Source: Minisyncoccota bacterium
GTDB lineage: Bacteria > Patescibacteriota > Minisyncoccia > Phycocordibacterales > DASSSU01
Direction of reading: 5' to 3'
Assembly (NCBI GenBank): GCA_035708305.1
Contig: DASSSU010000020.1
Span: forward strand, 8,481 to 72,480
DNA: 64,000 nt
Below, piece by piece: positions 1 through 9,142 of this stretch (its first letter is position 1; every line of letters begins with the position of its first letter). The notes beneath the pieces are model-generated. The model saw nothing but the letters and a program-made list of their open reading frames with translations, had not been told where the DNA came from and searched no databases. The translations under genes and the position numbers were made by a program.

Positions 1-1027
1 TTTCTTTTTTCAGCATGCCCCCGAACCACCAGGCAATGTTTTCATCCGAGGCGAAAAAAATTTTCTGCGGAGAAATTCCGCCACGCATAAAACGCCGTAT
101 TTCTTCCTGAAGCTTCGCCAGCCAGTCTTTCGCACAATTTTGAAGCGTTTTTTCCACCAGTACCGCGGTGTTCTTCTCCGCCCGCTCCGACGCTTGCATA
201 AAAAGCAGCGACTCCGCTTCCGGCAAACTCACGCGGAGTGTCTCGGCTATCCGCCGCAAAACGAAATTTTTCCCCAGCGGAAAAGCCGCGCTTTTTCGGA
301 CAATGCCATTTTCTACCCAGAGCATATCGGTCATCTCGCCGCTGATGTCAAGCAGTAAAAACGAGTGCTCACCGTGCAGAAGCATATCACGGATAATCAC
401 ATACGATGCAAACGGAAACGTGTGAAATCCCGTCTTTCGGTGATTAAAGCGACGGGAAACCTGTTCCGAGATATCATCGAGCACTCGGCCCGGAACCACG
501 CTTGCAAAAAACGCCACCTCTGCTTCCGTAATCATTTTCTTCTCGTAATCACTCACTTCATATCCGTTCAGACTGACGTGCATGCTTTCCTTTTCGATGA
601 GTTTGGGTGCACCAAGTTCTTCATCTTCGTATTTCTGTTTTTCTTCTTCTTCAAAATCCAACACTCTGGCGTTAATCGCATTCTCCAACAGCTGGTCCGT
701 CAAACGAAAAGGCTTATGCTTGGCAATCCGCGCGGCATCGTGCAAAGCGGCATACCATGGCGACGAAAAAAAGCACGCAACTTCGTCCACCACCTGCTTC
801 CCCGCCTTTCCCTCTAGTTTTTGCGAAACAGACTCAAACGCCTTTTTCATGGAAAGAAAAAAACGTCGGTGATCCAGCTTTTCCTGCGGATCAGTACTCT
901 CGCGAACCACTTGAAGAATTCTCGGCTTCATTCCGGGCTTGATTTCCGAAAGCGCAGCACCGACGGATGATGAACCGATATCAAAAACGGCAACAAGCTT
1001 TGTTCGTCCGCTTCCAAAGAATTTCAT
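1..1027 (-). CDS. FtsA-like actin-fold ATPase (partial, runs off the window start)
   Basis: Not in the ORF track; read manually from ATG at 1027: MKFFGSGRTKLVAVFDIGSSSVGAAL...FLLLDISGEMTD...FPLGKNFVLRRIAETL. Phosphate-1 (DIGSSS) and phosphate-2-like (LDISGEMTD) motifs of the FtsA/PilM actin family. Confidence 0.65.
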   Translation of the reverse strand, partial: MKFFGSGRTKLVAVFDIGSSSVGAALSEIKPGMKPRILQVVRESTDPQEKLDHRRFFLSMKKAFESVSQKLEGKAGKQVVDEVACFFSSPWYAALHDAARIAKHKPFRLTDQLLENAINARVLDFEEEEKQKYEDEELGAPKLIEKESMHVSLNGYEVSDYEKKMITEAEVAFFASVVPGRVLDDISEQVSRRFNHRKTGFHTFPFASYVIIRDMLLHGEHSFLLLDISGEMTDMLWVENGIVRKSAAFPLGKNFVLRRIAETLRVSLPEAESLLFMQASERAEKNTAVLVEKTLQNCAKDWLAKLQEEIRRFMRGGISPQKIFFASDENIAWWFGGMLKKE

Positions 1028-1101
1028 AAAAACAGTATACCATCAAAAAAGCACACGCTTCTATTCGGAGCCGTGGATATCGAAACACTCCCAAAATTTT
1101 T

Positions 1102-2817
1102 TTAATTTGCCACCGCTGTCACCACGATTGTTGCCTGATAATTTCCACTCGGTGCAAAAATGTTGTTCTCTTCTGTGCCAAAGCAGATGGTGGTGTCCGC
1201 TCCGGCAGTGGTTGAGGAGACGGTCGAAGAATGAGCCACTTCGATTGAGCTCGTGCCGACAAATCCCCGCCATTTTAGATTTGAAGCGCCGGGATCGTTC
1301 AATGTTTCCGTACAACGAGTAGCATTCCCCCAAACAGAAGTATCCGTATCGGAACCAAAAGCACTGAATCCGAATTCAAAATCGCCACTGTTAACGTTCC
1401 AAAGCTCGGGAATTCCCGGACTCGTCTCGGAATAATCTGCAAAACTCTTTCCGTCTGCAAGATCTTTCATAGCAGGAGAAGAAGTCGCCTGCACCGTTAG
1501 TTGATAGCCGGTGGGGTTGTTCGTCACCACTCTCCACGTGGAAGATCCCACCGCACTTTGCACGGAAGTAGAGAGGTTCCGAAGTGAAACATCAACGGGT
1601 GCGGAAAGAGAAATTTCTGCCGGAATGTTGAGGTGTGCCAGAACAGCATCAGCACTCATACTGACTCCCGTCGGAGAAACTGCCACTTCCTCTTCGTTGC
1701 CGATCGTTTCAAAAGTCGCCGGGCTGCCTTGGTTGGCGTATGCCGTAGCAATCCATTCCGCAGACCGCGCAACAGATGAAATGCGGATCTCACCGACTCC
1801 ACCGGCATAATAAACGTTAGAATAAGTACCATACGATCGTATCAGTGCTCCAACTCCCAAGCTGTCAACACTTGTTGGAAAAGGATCTGTGTCCGTAGCC
1901 GTCGCTTCTGGAACCCCGTTGACATAGAGCCGCCTATCACTGCTGGATGAAGCAGTAAAGACCGCCAACACTTCTTCATTATCTGAAAGTGTCACACTGT
2001 TTGCTTCAAAACCATTGAAAACGGATGAATAAACAAAAGGACGCGGGTGGTTGTCACTGTGGAAGTTTATTCCAACGCTTTGATCATTAACCGTTGAATT
2101 CGAAACGATAACTCCGGCTGACGGAGTATTCACTTTGTGCCGCCCCCACACCAAGAAAGTAAACGGATAGCTTGTGATTGGTGCCGGCTGTATTTTGTAG
2201 TATGTCGATGACCCGTCAAAAATGTGCCCTTCGCCGATTCCAATATTTGCCGACGGAGGAGAGCCGTACTCTGTGATCGTATAAGCGTGACTGGTGCTTT
2301 CGCTCGCCCCACCGTCATGAGAAACGTATTGATACCCGCTGTTCCACACATTTTCTGATCCATATGTTGAAGAAGCAGCCGGCTCGCTCGCGCTGCTGTT
2401 GCCATAATACAAGTAAAAATCACTGTCCGTGGAGGAGGAGAGCGTTGGTGCTTCAAAATGGAGTTCTCCGGTCGAAGAAGCCGTGTTGATGGAAACCACC
2501 TCCCTCGGCACTTCCGTCACTCCGTCGCCTTCGGTCACGCGGATATCACCGCCACCTGACTGCACATGCTGGAAAAATCCTGCGGGCATCTTTGAGAGAT
2601 CGACATACACCGGAAAATCAGTGAGATCGGCTCCCACTTTTGTATGATCAATAGTGATCTTGACACGATAGTTCCAGGCGGAATCGTACCAATCAGGACT
2701 CCCGGCATGCGCAAAATGAAAATACGCCGCCAAAGACACACTGCCCATTACCACAACGAGGAAGAAAGAACCAAGAAATTTCTTGGAAAACGAAAAAGAA
2801 AAACACCGCGCAAACAT
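1102..2817 (-). CDS. Secreted/surface protein with DUF2341 and LamG/concanavalin-like domains
   Basis: N-terminal hydrophobic segment; WYDSAWNYRVKITID...DFPVYV...GGDIRV...YLYYGN (DUF2341-like); LYVNG...IGALI...EIRISSVARS (LamG-like); C-terminal beta-rich domain ending PSGNYQATIVVTAVAN. Confidence 0.7.
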   Translation of the reverse strand: MFARCFSFSFSKKFLGSFFLVVVMGSVSLAAYFHFAHAGSPDWYDSAWNYRVKITIDHTKVGADLTDFPVYVDLSKMPAGFFQHVQSGGGDIRVTEGDGVTEVPREVVSINTASSTGELHFEAPTLSSSTDSDFYLYYGNSSASEPAASSTYGSENVWNSGYQYVSHDGGASESTSHAYTITEYGSPPSANIGIGEGHIFDGSSTYYKIQPAPITSYPFTFLVWGRHKVNTPSAGVIVSNSTVNDQSVGINFHSDNHPRPFVYSSVFNGFEANSVTLSDNEEVLAVFTASSSSDRRLYVNGVPEATATDTDPFPTSVDSLGVGALIRSYGTYSNVYYAGGVGEIRISSVARSAEWIATAYANQGSPATFETIGNEEEVAVSPTGVSMSADAVLAHLNIPAEISLSAPVDVSLRNLSTSVQSAVGSSTWRVVTNNPTGYQLTVQATSSPAMKDLADGKSFADYSETSPGIPELWNVNSGDFEFGFSAFGSDTDTSVWGNATRCTETLNDPGASNLKWRGFVGTSSIEVAHSSTVSSTTAGADTTICFGTEENNIFAPSGNYQATIVVTAVAN

Positions 2818-2982
2818 ATCCTTCCGTCTATTATAAAGGATTTCATGTTTTTCAGCACGGGATAAAAAATTATTTGACCAGCAGTTCTTCTGGTTTTTTC
2901 TCTTTTTGGTAGGGTGTGAAAGAAAGATGTATCCCGATTTGTTGTAGTTTTTTTTCGCTTTGTTCCAGGAATTCCAGACGTT

Positions 2983-4035
2983 TTAAATGTTCTTCCTCAA
3001 TCGGCTGAGGATTCCCATCTGGTACGCTTCGTAGGCGCCCATACTGTACGCACCAGCAACATTGTTCTTGATCATAGTTTGAACATACTCCAACAACACA
3101 TCCCACCGTTCCCCACTCAAAAACATTTCATAAAATTCTGCTTTTGTTTTTATTCCTTTCACATACGGAGAAAAATCACTAAGCGAACCCGGCTCAATCT
3201 CCACATTCCAAACTCCGCCCGGATCAACCACCTCGAAAGAATATTTTTTCAGATTGGACTCAGAAGAGACTTGGTGCATCTGCAACCCGTACGCAGATGC
3301 ATGAATCGAGGCGCTCGCAATATCCACCGCACTGGGCGGGATGAGAATTGCCGGCATTTTCCCTTCTCTCATGAACTCTTCTTGTTGTTCTATGATTTCT
3401 TTGGGAACCTGAAATTGTGAAGGAACATCTTCTTCTGAACGATTATGATCCCACCACAATTCATCGGCAAGCGGGTGAGAATGAAAATCACAGACTTCAT
3501 TTGCGATACGAGCATTTTCGTTTCCGATATAAGGAATTCCAACCATAAAGTGATCTCCCTCTGAAAGTTTGACCAGATGCCATTTTCCGTCTTCCTGCCT
3601 AGCCAGCGAAAAAGACCATTCGTTGGGAAGATCATCGGCAAGCGCCCGGAACTCCTGGTGCAAAATGGTATTACATTCCCCTTCCACACCGGCGTTCACC
3701 TTTTCAAGCAGTTCCGCAACGGTAGGATTGTCAGCACGATCAAGGAGATCTTCATTCGTGTGAAGCGTCTGATGAGCACAGCCAGAGAGCATCGTAAGTG
3801 CGCCGGAAAAAACAGCCGCCCGGATCATCTCACGGCGGCTTTCTTTGATTTCAAATTTTTTTTCCTCCGAAACTTCAGGTTTCAGTTTTTCAGAATCTCC
3901 TCGCGTTTCTTCCCCGTTTTTTCTTTCTGCATCACCGCCGTTTTCAGAAGAAATTTCTGCCGGCATTTCAAGAAGATTTTCCTCTTTCGGCTCTTCAGCT
4001 TGCGGACTTGAAAACGAAAATGATTCGAATCCCAT
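2983..4035 (-). CDS. Hypothetical protein with internal twin-Arg/lipobox-like segment and JAB/MPN-like HSHP...PSxxD motif; possibly frameshifted C-terminus
   Basis: ATG at 4035 just downstream of the alaS stop; SRREMIRAAVFSGALTMLSGC; DFHSHP...PPSAVD. Confidence 0.55.
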   Translation of the reverse strand: MGFESFSFSSPQAEEPKEENLLEMPAEISSENGGDAERKNGEETRGDSEKLKPEVSEEKKFEIKESRREMIRAAVFSGALTMLSGCAHQTLHTNEDLLDRADNPTVAELLEKVNAGVEGECNTILHQEFRALADDLPNEWSFSLARQEDGKWHLVKLSEGDHFMVGIPYIGNENARIANEVCDFHSHPLADELWWDHNRSEEDVPSQFQVPKEIIEQQEEFMREGKMPAILIPPSAVDIASASIHASAYGLQMHQVSSESNLKKYSFEVVDPGGVWNVEIEPGSLSDFSPYVKGIKTKAEFYEMFLSGERWDVLLEYVQTMIKNNVAGAYSMGAYEAYQMGILSRLRKNI

Positions 4036-4040
4036 TTGAT

Positions 4041-5843
4041 TTATTCTAGCACGGCTTTGATTCTCCGCACACCGGCAGAAGAGGCCTCTTCTTTCTTGAT
4101 TTTGAAGTGTCCGAGTTCCGAAGTATTTTTCACGTGCGGACCGCCGCAAAATTCCAAACTGTACTTTCCATCCGCTTCTCCGATCTGGTATACCCGAACT
4201 TTGTCGCCATATTTTTCTTCAAAAAGCCCGATAGCACCTCGCTTCTTCGCTTCTTCAAGCGGAATATCTTCGTAGAAAACCGGAAGCGCCGCCGTGATTT
4301 TTTCATTCACCAAATCTTCCACACGCTTCTTTTCTTCGTCACTCATCTTGTCCGGATGTGAAAAATCAAACCGCAAACGCTCCTTCGTGATGTTGCTTCC
4401 CTTTTGAAACACATGCTCACCCAAGACGTCGCGAAGTGCCTGATGCAGCAAGTGGGTCGCCGTATGGTACTTCACGGACATTTCGCTGTGGTCCGCCAGC
4501 CCGCCGTGAAATTTCTGCTCTGCACCTTTTCTTGATTTATCCTGATGCTCACGAAATGCGTGATCGAAGCTTTCACGATCGATACTGATATTTTTTTCAC
4601 GCGCAAGATCTTCCGTCATTTCGATCGGAAAACCGAAGCTCTGATACAGGTTGAACGCATCTTCGCCGGAAATACCGTCCGCTGAAAGCTTTTCAAATTG
4701 CTTCAAACCGTCTTTGAGCGTGCGGCGGAATTTTTCTTCTTCTTTCTGCACGACTCCGGCGATTGACTCAAAATCCTCAAGGTTCGGATATTGCTCGCGA
4801 TACATTTCCGACACAGTCTGGACGATCTCCTGAAGTTTTCCCGCTGGAAGGTGAAGCGCATCGGCAAATCGAATGCTCCTTCGCAAAAGCCGCCTGAGCA
4901 CGTAGCCCTGATCACGGTTCGAAGGCTCCACCCCGTCAGCAATGAGAAATGTCGCCGTGCGCATGTGGTCGGCAACAATTCTTTCCGCTTTTTCATTTTC
5001 CTTGGTCCTTTCAAAATTTCCAAGTGCTTGAATTTTCTCCCGGATCGAAACAAAAAAATCAACATCAAAAATCGTCTTCTTTCCGTTCACCACCATCGAC
5101 ACGCGCTCCAGTCCCGCGCCAGTATCAACGTTCTTCTGCTTGAGTTTGCCAATCACCTTGCCGTCTTTCTTCTCGTACTCCATGAAAACGTCATTCCAGA
5201 TTTCCACCACGTCCTGCCGGTCGTCCGCCGCCATGTATTCTTCTTTGGTGAGATCTCCCAAGCCATTTTCCGTCACGTCATAAAACATTTCCGTATCGGG
5301 ACCAGAGGGGCCATTGTCGCCCGGACTCCACCAGTTGGACTTGGCACTCATAAAGTAAATGCGGTTTTCCGGCACAAACTGCTTCCAGATTTCAAACGAC
5401 TCCGTATCTTTCGGGGCATTTTCGTCGCCTTCAAAAACCGTCACGTACAAACGTTTCGGATCAAGCCCTAAACCCTCTTCCCTGGACGTGAGAAATTCAA
5501 AGCTCCATGCGATCGCTTCTTTTTTAAAATACCCTTCCCCGATGCCGTCCGGCGCGGATGGATCGCCCAAGGACCAGTTGCCAAGCATCTCGAAAAACGT
5601 CGCGTGCGTATTGTCGCCAATCTCGTCGATGTCCACCGTACGTACGCATTTTTGTGCGTCTGCCAAACGCCTTCCTTGCGGGTGTTCTTGTCCCAGGAGA
5701 TACGGCACAAGCGGCTGCATCCCCGCCGTGTTGAAAAGCACGGAAGGATCGTTTTCCGGTACGAGCGGCGCAGAAGGAAGCACTGCATGTCCGCGCTTTT
5801 CAAAAAACGCCAAGAATCGCTTTCGTATTTCGTTTGAGGTCAT
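4041..5843 (-). CDS. alaS: Alanine--tRNA ligase (compact 600-aa form, no C-Ala domain)
   Basis: LFNTAGMQP, HATFFEMLGNWS, VDTGAGLER, ADHMR; editing motifs HTATHLL and CGGPH. Confidence 0.97.
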   Translation of the reverse strand: MTSNEIRKRFLAFFEKRGHAVLPSAPLVPENDPSVLFNTAGMQPLVPYLLGQEHPQGRRLADAQKCVRTVDIDEIGDNTHATFFEMLGNWSLGDPSAPDGIGEGYFKKEAIAWSFEFLTSREEGLGLDPKRLYVTVFEGDENAPKDTESFEIWKQFVPENRIYFMSAKSNWWSPGDNGPSGPDTEMFYDVTENGLGDLTKEEYMAADDRQDVVEIWNDVFMEYEKKDGKVIGKLKQKNVDTGAGLERVSMVVNGKKTIFDVDFFVSIREKIQALGNFERTKENEKAERIVADHMRTATFLIADGVEPSNRDQGYVLRRLLRRSIRFADALHLPAGKLQEIVQTVSEMYREQYPNLEDFESIAGVVQKEEEKFRRTLKDGLKQFEKLSADGISGEDAFNLYQSFGFPIEMTEDLAREKNISIDRESFDHAFREHQDKSRKGAEQKFHGGLADHSEMSVKYHTATHLLHQALRDVLGEHVFQKGSNITKERLRFDFSHPDKMSDEEKKRVEDLVNEKITAALPVFYEDIPLEEAKKRGAIGLFEEKYGDKVRVYQIGEADGKYSLEFCGGPHVKNTSELGHFKIKKEEASSAGVRRIKAVLE

Positions 5844-5923
5844 TGGGGTTTATCATACGGTTTTCCCCGATTCAAATCAAGAAAAAAGATATTTTGTAAC
5901 AAAGATATCTATACCCGATATCT

Positions 5924-6427
5924 TCAAACTCTCGGTTCTTCTTGTACCCACAGAGAAAAATCATCCAGCATATTTTCCCAAAGCTCTTTATTGTTCACTT
6001 TTGCAAGCACCTCTTGAATGGGGAGCATTTTTACCTCTGTCACTGTTTCATCCGGATCAACTTCCCTCGTCTCACTTTTTTTTACAATGCAAAAACAAAT
6101 GATCTGATTTTCTTCATGATCATTATCGAGAATACTTGAAATACAATAACGAGGTTCACAAAAAATTACATCAAAACCAGTTTCTTCGGACATTTCTCGT
6201 TTTATAGTTTGAGAAAAAGCCTCTCCTGACTCTCTGTGGCCACCAGGGAAACCCCATATGTTACGCTTTGAATTAAAAATCACCGGCACAAGGCCATCTG
6301 CCTGGTGAAAAGCAATCGCATAGACACGTGAGAAAGTTGAGGGCACTGCATTTTTCCCAAGAGCATAGACTTTTACAGGATGCTTTGTATCTTTGAGAAA
6401 TATTTCTTTTGTCTTTTCCATTTCCAT
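5924..6427 (-). CDS. NUDIX hydrolase
   Basis: Nudix box PGGHRESGEAFSQTIKREMSEETG. Confidence 0.9.
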   Translation of the reverse strand: MEMEKTKEIFLKDTKHPVKVYALGKNAVPSTFSRVYAIAFHQADGLVPVIFNSKRNIWGFPGGHRESGEAFSQTIKREMSEETGFDVIFCEPRYCISSILDNDHEENQIICFCIVKKSETREVDPDETVTEVKMLPIQEVLAKVNNKELWENMLDDFSLWVQEEPRV

Positions 6428-6433
6428 AAAAAA

Positions 6434-6468
6434 CGCTTGCCTTAGTATATATTAAACTAAGGCAAGCG
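6434..6468 (-). terminator. Intrinsic terminator-like hairpin between the kinase and NUDIX genes
   Basis: Perfect 13-bp inverted repeat CGCTTGCCTTAGT/ACTAAGGCAAGCG, followed on the minus strand by T6 and then the NUDIX ATG. Confidence 0.75.
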
Positions 6469-6474
6469 AAAAGT

Positions 6475-7029
6475 TTACCGAGTTATAATTGCTTGAACTT
6501 TGGCAGCAACTTTAAGAAGATCTCCTTCATTGTCAATTGGTATAAGACCAAGTGAAGAATAGACTTCATCGGCTTTACGAATAAGATCTTCGTTACTCGT
6601 CACATAATCAAGAGCAGAGGCTTCTTTCTTTTTTTGTATGCGCCGTAAACGTTCCTCTTCTTTAACATAGACCATGATTGAGAAATCAGGTCTCAAGAAA
6701 AGCGGAAGAATAAATTCAGGAAACTGCAACTCAAATACCCTGGCTAAAACTAGTGTCGAGTAATAAGATCGATCCACAAGCACAAAGTCAACATGTCCCA
6801 AGACTTGGCTAATTTCTTTTTCTGTTATAAGCCAAGCGGAAATGTAAAACCAAACATTTTTTGAAACCTTTGAATGGTTCAGTCTCTCAGCATTAAAACC
6901 TCTTGTCATAGATCTCAATGTTGTAACAGTATAGCCGTCCTTAGTGAGACGATGAACAAGGGCGCTGATAAGTGAGGTCTTACCGACACAATCATGACCG
7001 TCAAAAGTTACCGTTATCGTTTTTGCCAC
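6475..7029 (-). CDS. Thymidylate-kinase-fold nucleoside monophosphate kinase, CMPK2-like
   Basis: P-loop DGHDCVGKTS; VLVDRSYYST (DR motif); LRPDFSIMVYVKEEERLRRI; GTG start with AAGGAG RBS, overlapping the upstream gene by 16 nt. Confidence 0.85.
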   Translation of the reverse strand: MAKTITVTFDGHDCVGKTSLISALVHRLTKDGYTVTTLRSMTRGFNAERLNHSKVSKNVWFYISAWLITEKEISQVLGHVDFVLVDRSYYSTLVLARVFELQFPEFILPLFLRPDFSIMVYVKEEERLRRIQKKKEASALDYVTSNEDLIRKADEVYSSLGLIPIDNEGDLLKVAAKVQAIITR

Positions 7030-8015
7030 GACACAAGCTCCTTTACTGTTAAGGGTTCCAAAACATCTAAAGTCGCGAAACGGTTATCAACTAAAGATTG
7101 GAATTCTGCATAAAGCTTGTGCTTTCTATTGTCTGGATTACCCATTTCGTGAAGCAGTTCTGCTTCAGTAAAAAGTGAAGATAAAGCTTTGCGCAGTTTT
7201 GCGGTATTTTCTCCCTCAACAGAAGGCAAAAGGTTAATGAGTTTAGAGCGTTGCCTGGAGTCAACGAAAGCCCCTCCGGTTGGCGTAATCCAGCATGAAT
7301 CCCAACTCGGCTTGTCTGTGCTCGTATGCGTCAACGCGACTTTCACTCCGTCTACTTTAAAAATCTGTTTTCTTTCTGTTGTGCCTATAATTTGACCACC
7401 AAATGAAGCCAAGTTCCACATGTCAACAGCCTTTGGGTGACTTCCCTGATCGGCTCCCATTTCCGACAGAAAGGAGAAATACCCTTCCTTGAAGACGCTA
7501 ATTTCTGCACTCACCTCTTGCGCTAAAGATAAGTACTGCTCTATTTCTTCAATGGTTGAATTTTGTGCCTCAGCCACAACATTAAGCTTGATCCTCATTG
7601 AAGGGTTAACTTGACGAGCAGCTATAAGGTTTTTCTTAACCCTTTCAGGTCCACCATGAACTTTTGTGATTCTTTGCCATTCTTCATCAGACATTGAATG
7701 ATAACTCACATGTAGCTCATCAATATCTCGAACAACATCGAGACGATTAATCAGTTTATAGCCATTACTAATCATCGTAATCCGACTCGAGAATGGTCGG
7801 ATATTAACGATAATATCCTTCAAATCCTTCCGAAGGGTTGGCTCTCCCCCTGTTATAGTGCAATCGGTTACAGCAAGAGACGCGGCAGCCTCCATGAGCA
7901 TTCCATAATGTGTAGGATAGAGTGAGAAAGCAGGCGATTTGGTTCCTACATATTCGTTCAAGCAGAAATAACAATCAGCATTACAATGAGTTACTGTCAC
8001 AAACCGAATTTCCAT
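7014..8015 (-). CDS. Radical SAM enzyme, MoaA/viperin-like fold, lacking auxiliary-cluster cysteines
   Basis: CNADCYFC (CxxxCxxC), ITGGEPTLRKDL, MISNG, HVSYHS, IKLNVV; only 5 Cys in total; GGAGG RBS. Confidence 0.9.
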   Translation of the reverse strand: MEIRFVTVTHCNADCYFCLNEYVGTKSPAFSLYPTHYGMLMEAAASLAVTDCTITGGEPTLRKDLKDIIVNIRPFSSRITMISNGYKLINRLDVVRDIDELHVSYHSMSDEEWQRITKVHGGPERVKKNLIAARQVNPSMRIKLNVVAEAQNSTIEEIEQYLSLAQEVSAEISVFKEGYFSFLSEMGADQGSHPKAVDMWNLASFGGQIIGTTERKQIFKVDGVKVALTHTSTDKPSWDSCWITPTGGAFVDSRQRSKLINLLPSVEGENTAKLRKALSSLFTEAELLHEMGNPDNRKHKLYAEFQSLVDNRFATLDVLEPLTVKELVSWQKR

Positions 8016-8060
8016 TGGTATTCCTCCAGTGCATAAAGTTAATGTACTAGCTCCTTTAAT

Positions 8061-8089
8061 CTTCTAACATAGACTATGTAAATAGTCAA
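8061..8089 (-). promoter_or_regulatory. Putative sigma70 promoter with palindromic operator for the radical SAM operon
   Basis: Minus strand TTGACT-17 nt-TAGAAG with TG at the extended -10 position; overlapping palindromes ACATAG-n-CTATGT (8067-8079) and GACTAT-n4-ATAGTC (8072-8087). Confidence 0.5.
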
Positions 8090-8133
8090 CTATTATCTTT
8101 AAATCAGCCAGAACTTGAATATACTCCTAAAAA

Positions 8134-9138
8134 CTACCACACCAAACCAACTAATTTTCTCGCTAACTTCATTTTTTCTTCTACGATTTCCCGGGCACGG
8201 GCGCCGCCTTCTTCGAGCATGTCCAGCACTGCTTGTTTGTCTTGGGCAATCTCGGCGCGTTTTTCTCGGAGTGGTGCGATGAACGCTTTGATGTCCGCGA
8301 TCAAAATATCTTTGGACTCTTTGTAGCCGATCCCGCCTTCCCGGTAGCGCGTTTCCAGCTCGGAAAGTCGTGGCTCCGGTGTGAAAAGTTTGTGGAGGGC
8401 GAAAAGATTGCTTTCGTTTGGATCTTTCGGTTCTTCGATCCCTTTCGAATCGGTCGGGATCTTCATCACCGCGCTTTCGATTTCCGCATCATCGGCGAAG
8501 AGCGGAATGATGTTGCCGTAGCTCTTGGACATTTTGCGCCCGTCGATCCCCGGAACCGTCTTCACCTCTTCCACGATCAGCGGCTCGGGAAGAACAAACG
8601 CTTCTCCAAAAATGCGATTAAATTTCTCCGCCGTGTCCCGCGCGTATTCCACGTGCTGCTTCTGGTCCTGTCCCACGGGAACCACGTTTGCATCATGCAC
8701 CAAAATATCCGCCGCCATGAGAATCGGATAATCAAACGTCCCCACATTGATTTCTTTCTTTTTTGCTACAGCGTCTTTGTACGCATGTGCACGCTCCAGG
8801 TACGGCACCGTCGTAAGACAGTTAAAGATCCACGTGAGCTCGGTGAGGGCGGGAACATCCGACTGCTTGAAGAGGAGCATTTTTTTTGGGTCCAGTCCGA
8901 TCGCAAGGTAGTCGATCGCCACCTCCAGACTCAACTGCCGCAGTTCTTCGCCATTTTGGATCCCCGTGAGCGCGTGATAGTCCGCGATGAAAATTCTTGA
9001 GTCGTATGCATCCTGAAAATCTACGAACTGCTTCATCGCGCCGAAATAGTTTCCGATGTGCACGGTTCCCGTCGGCTTCACTCCCGAAATGAGAATCTTT
9101 TTCTTTGTATTTTCTGTGTTTTTTGCTTCCATGGTCAT
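8134..9138 (-). CDS. trpS: Tryptophan--tRNA ligase
   Basis: SGVKPTGTVHIGNYFGA, YPILMAADIL, VPVGQDQKQH, KMSKS. Confidence 0.98.
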   Translation of the reverse strand: MTMEAKNTENTKKKILISGVKPTGTVHIGNYFGAMKQFVDFQDAYDSRIFIADYHALTGIQNGEELRQLSLEVAIDYLAIGLDPKKMLLFKQSDVPALTELTWIFNCLTTVPYLERAHAYKDAVAKKKEINVGTFDYPILMAADILVHDANVVPVGQDQKQHVEYARDTAEKFNRIFGEAFVLPEPLIVEEVKTVPGIDGRKMSKSYGNIIPLFADDAEIESAVMKIPTDSKGIEEPKDPNESNLFALHKLFTPEPRLSELETRYREGGIGYKESKDILIADIKAFIAPLREKRAEIAQDKQAVLDMLEEGGARAREIVEEKMKLARKLVGLVW

Positions 9139-9142
9139 GAGA

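Noticed and set aside
4041-5843. Truncated alaS (and TGS-less thrS) as pseudogenes
   Set aside because: Catalytic and editing motifs are intact, and compact forms are known in reduced genomes.
7014-8015. Annotation as moaA (GTP 3',8-cyclase) or as canonical viperin
   Set aside because: It lacks the MoaA auxiliary-cluster cysteines and terminal GG, and also lacks clear canonical viperin motifs, so no gene symbol was given.
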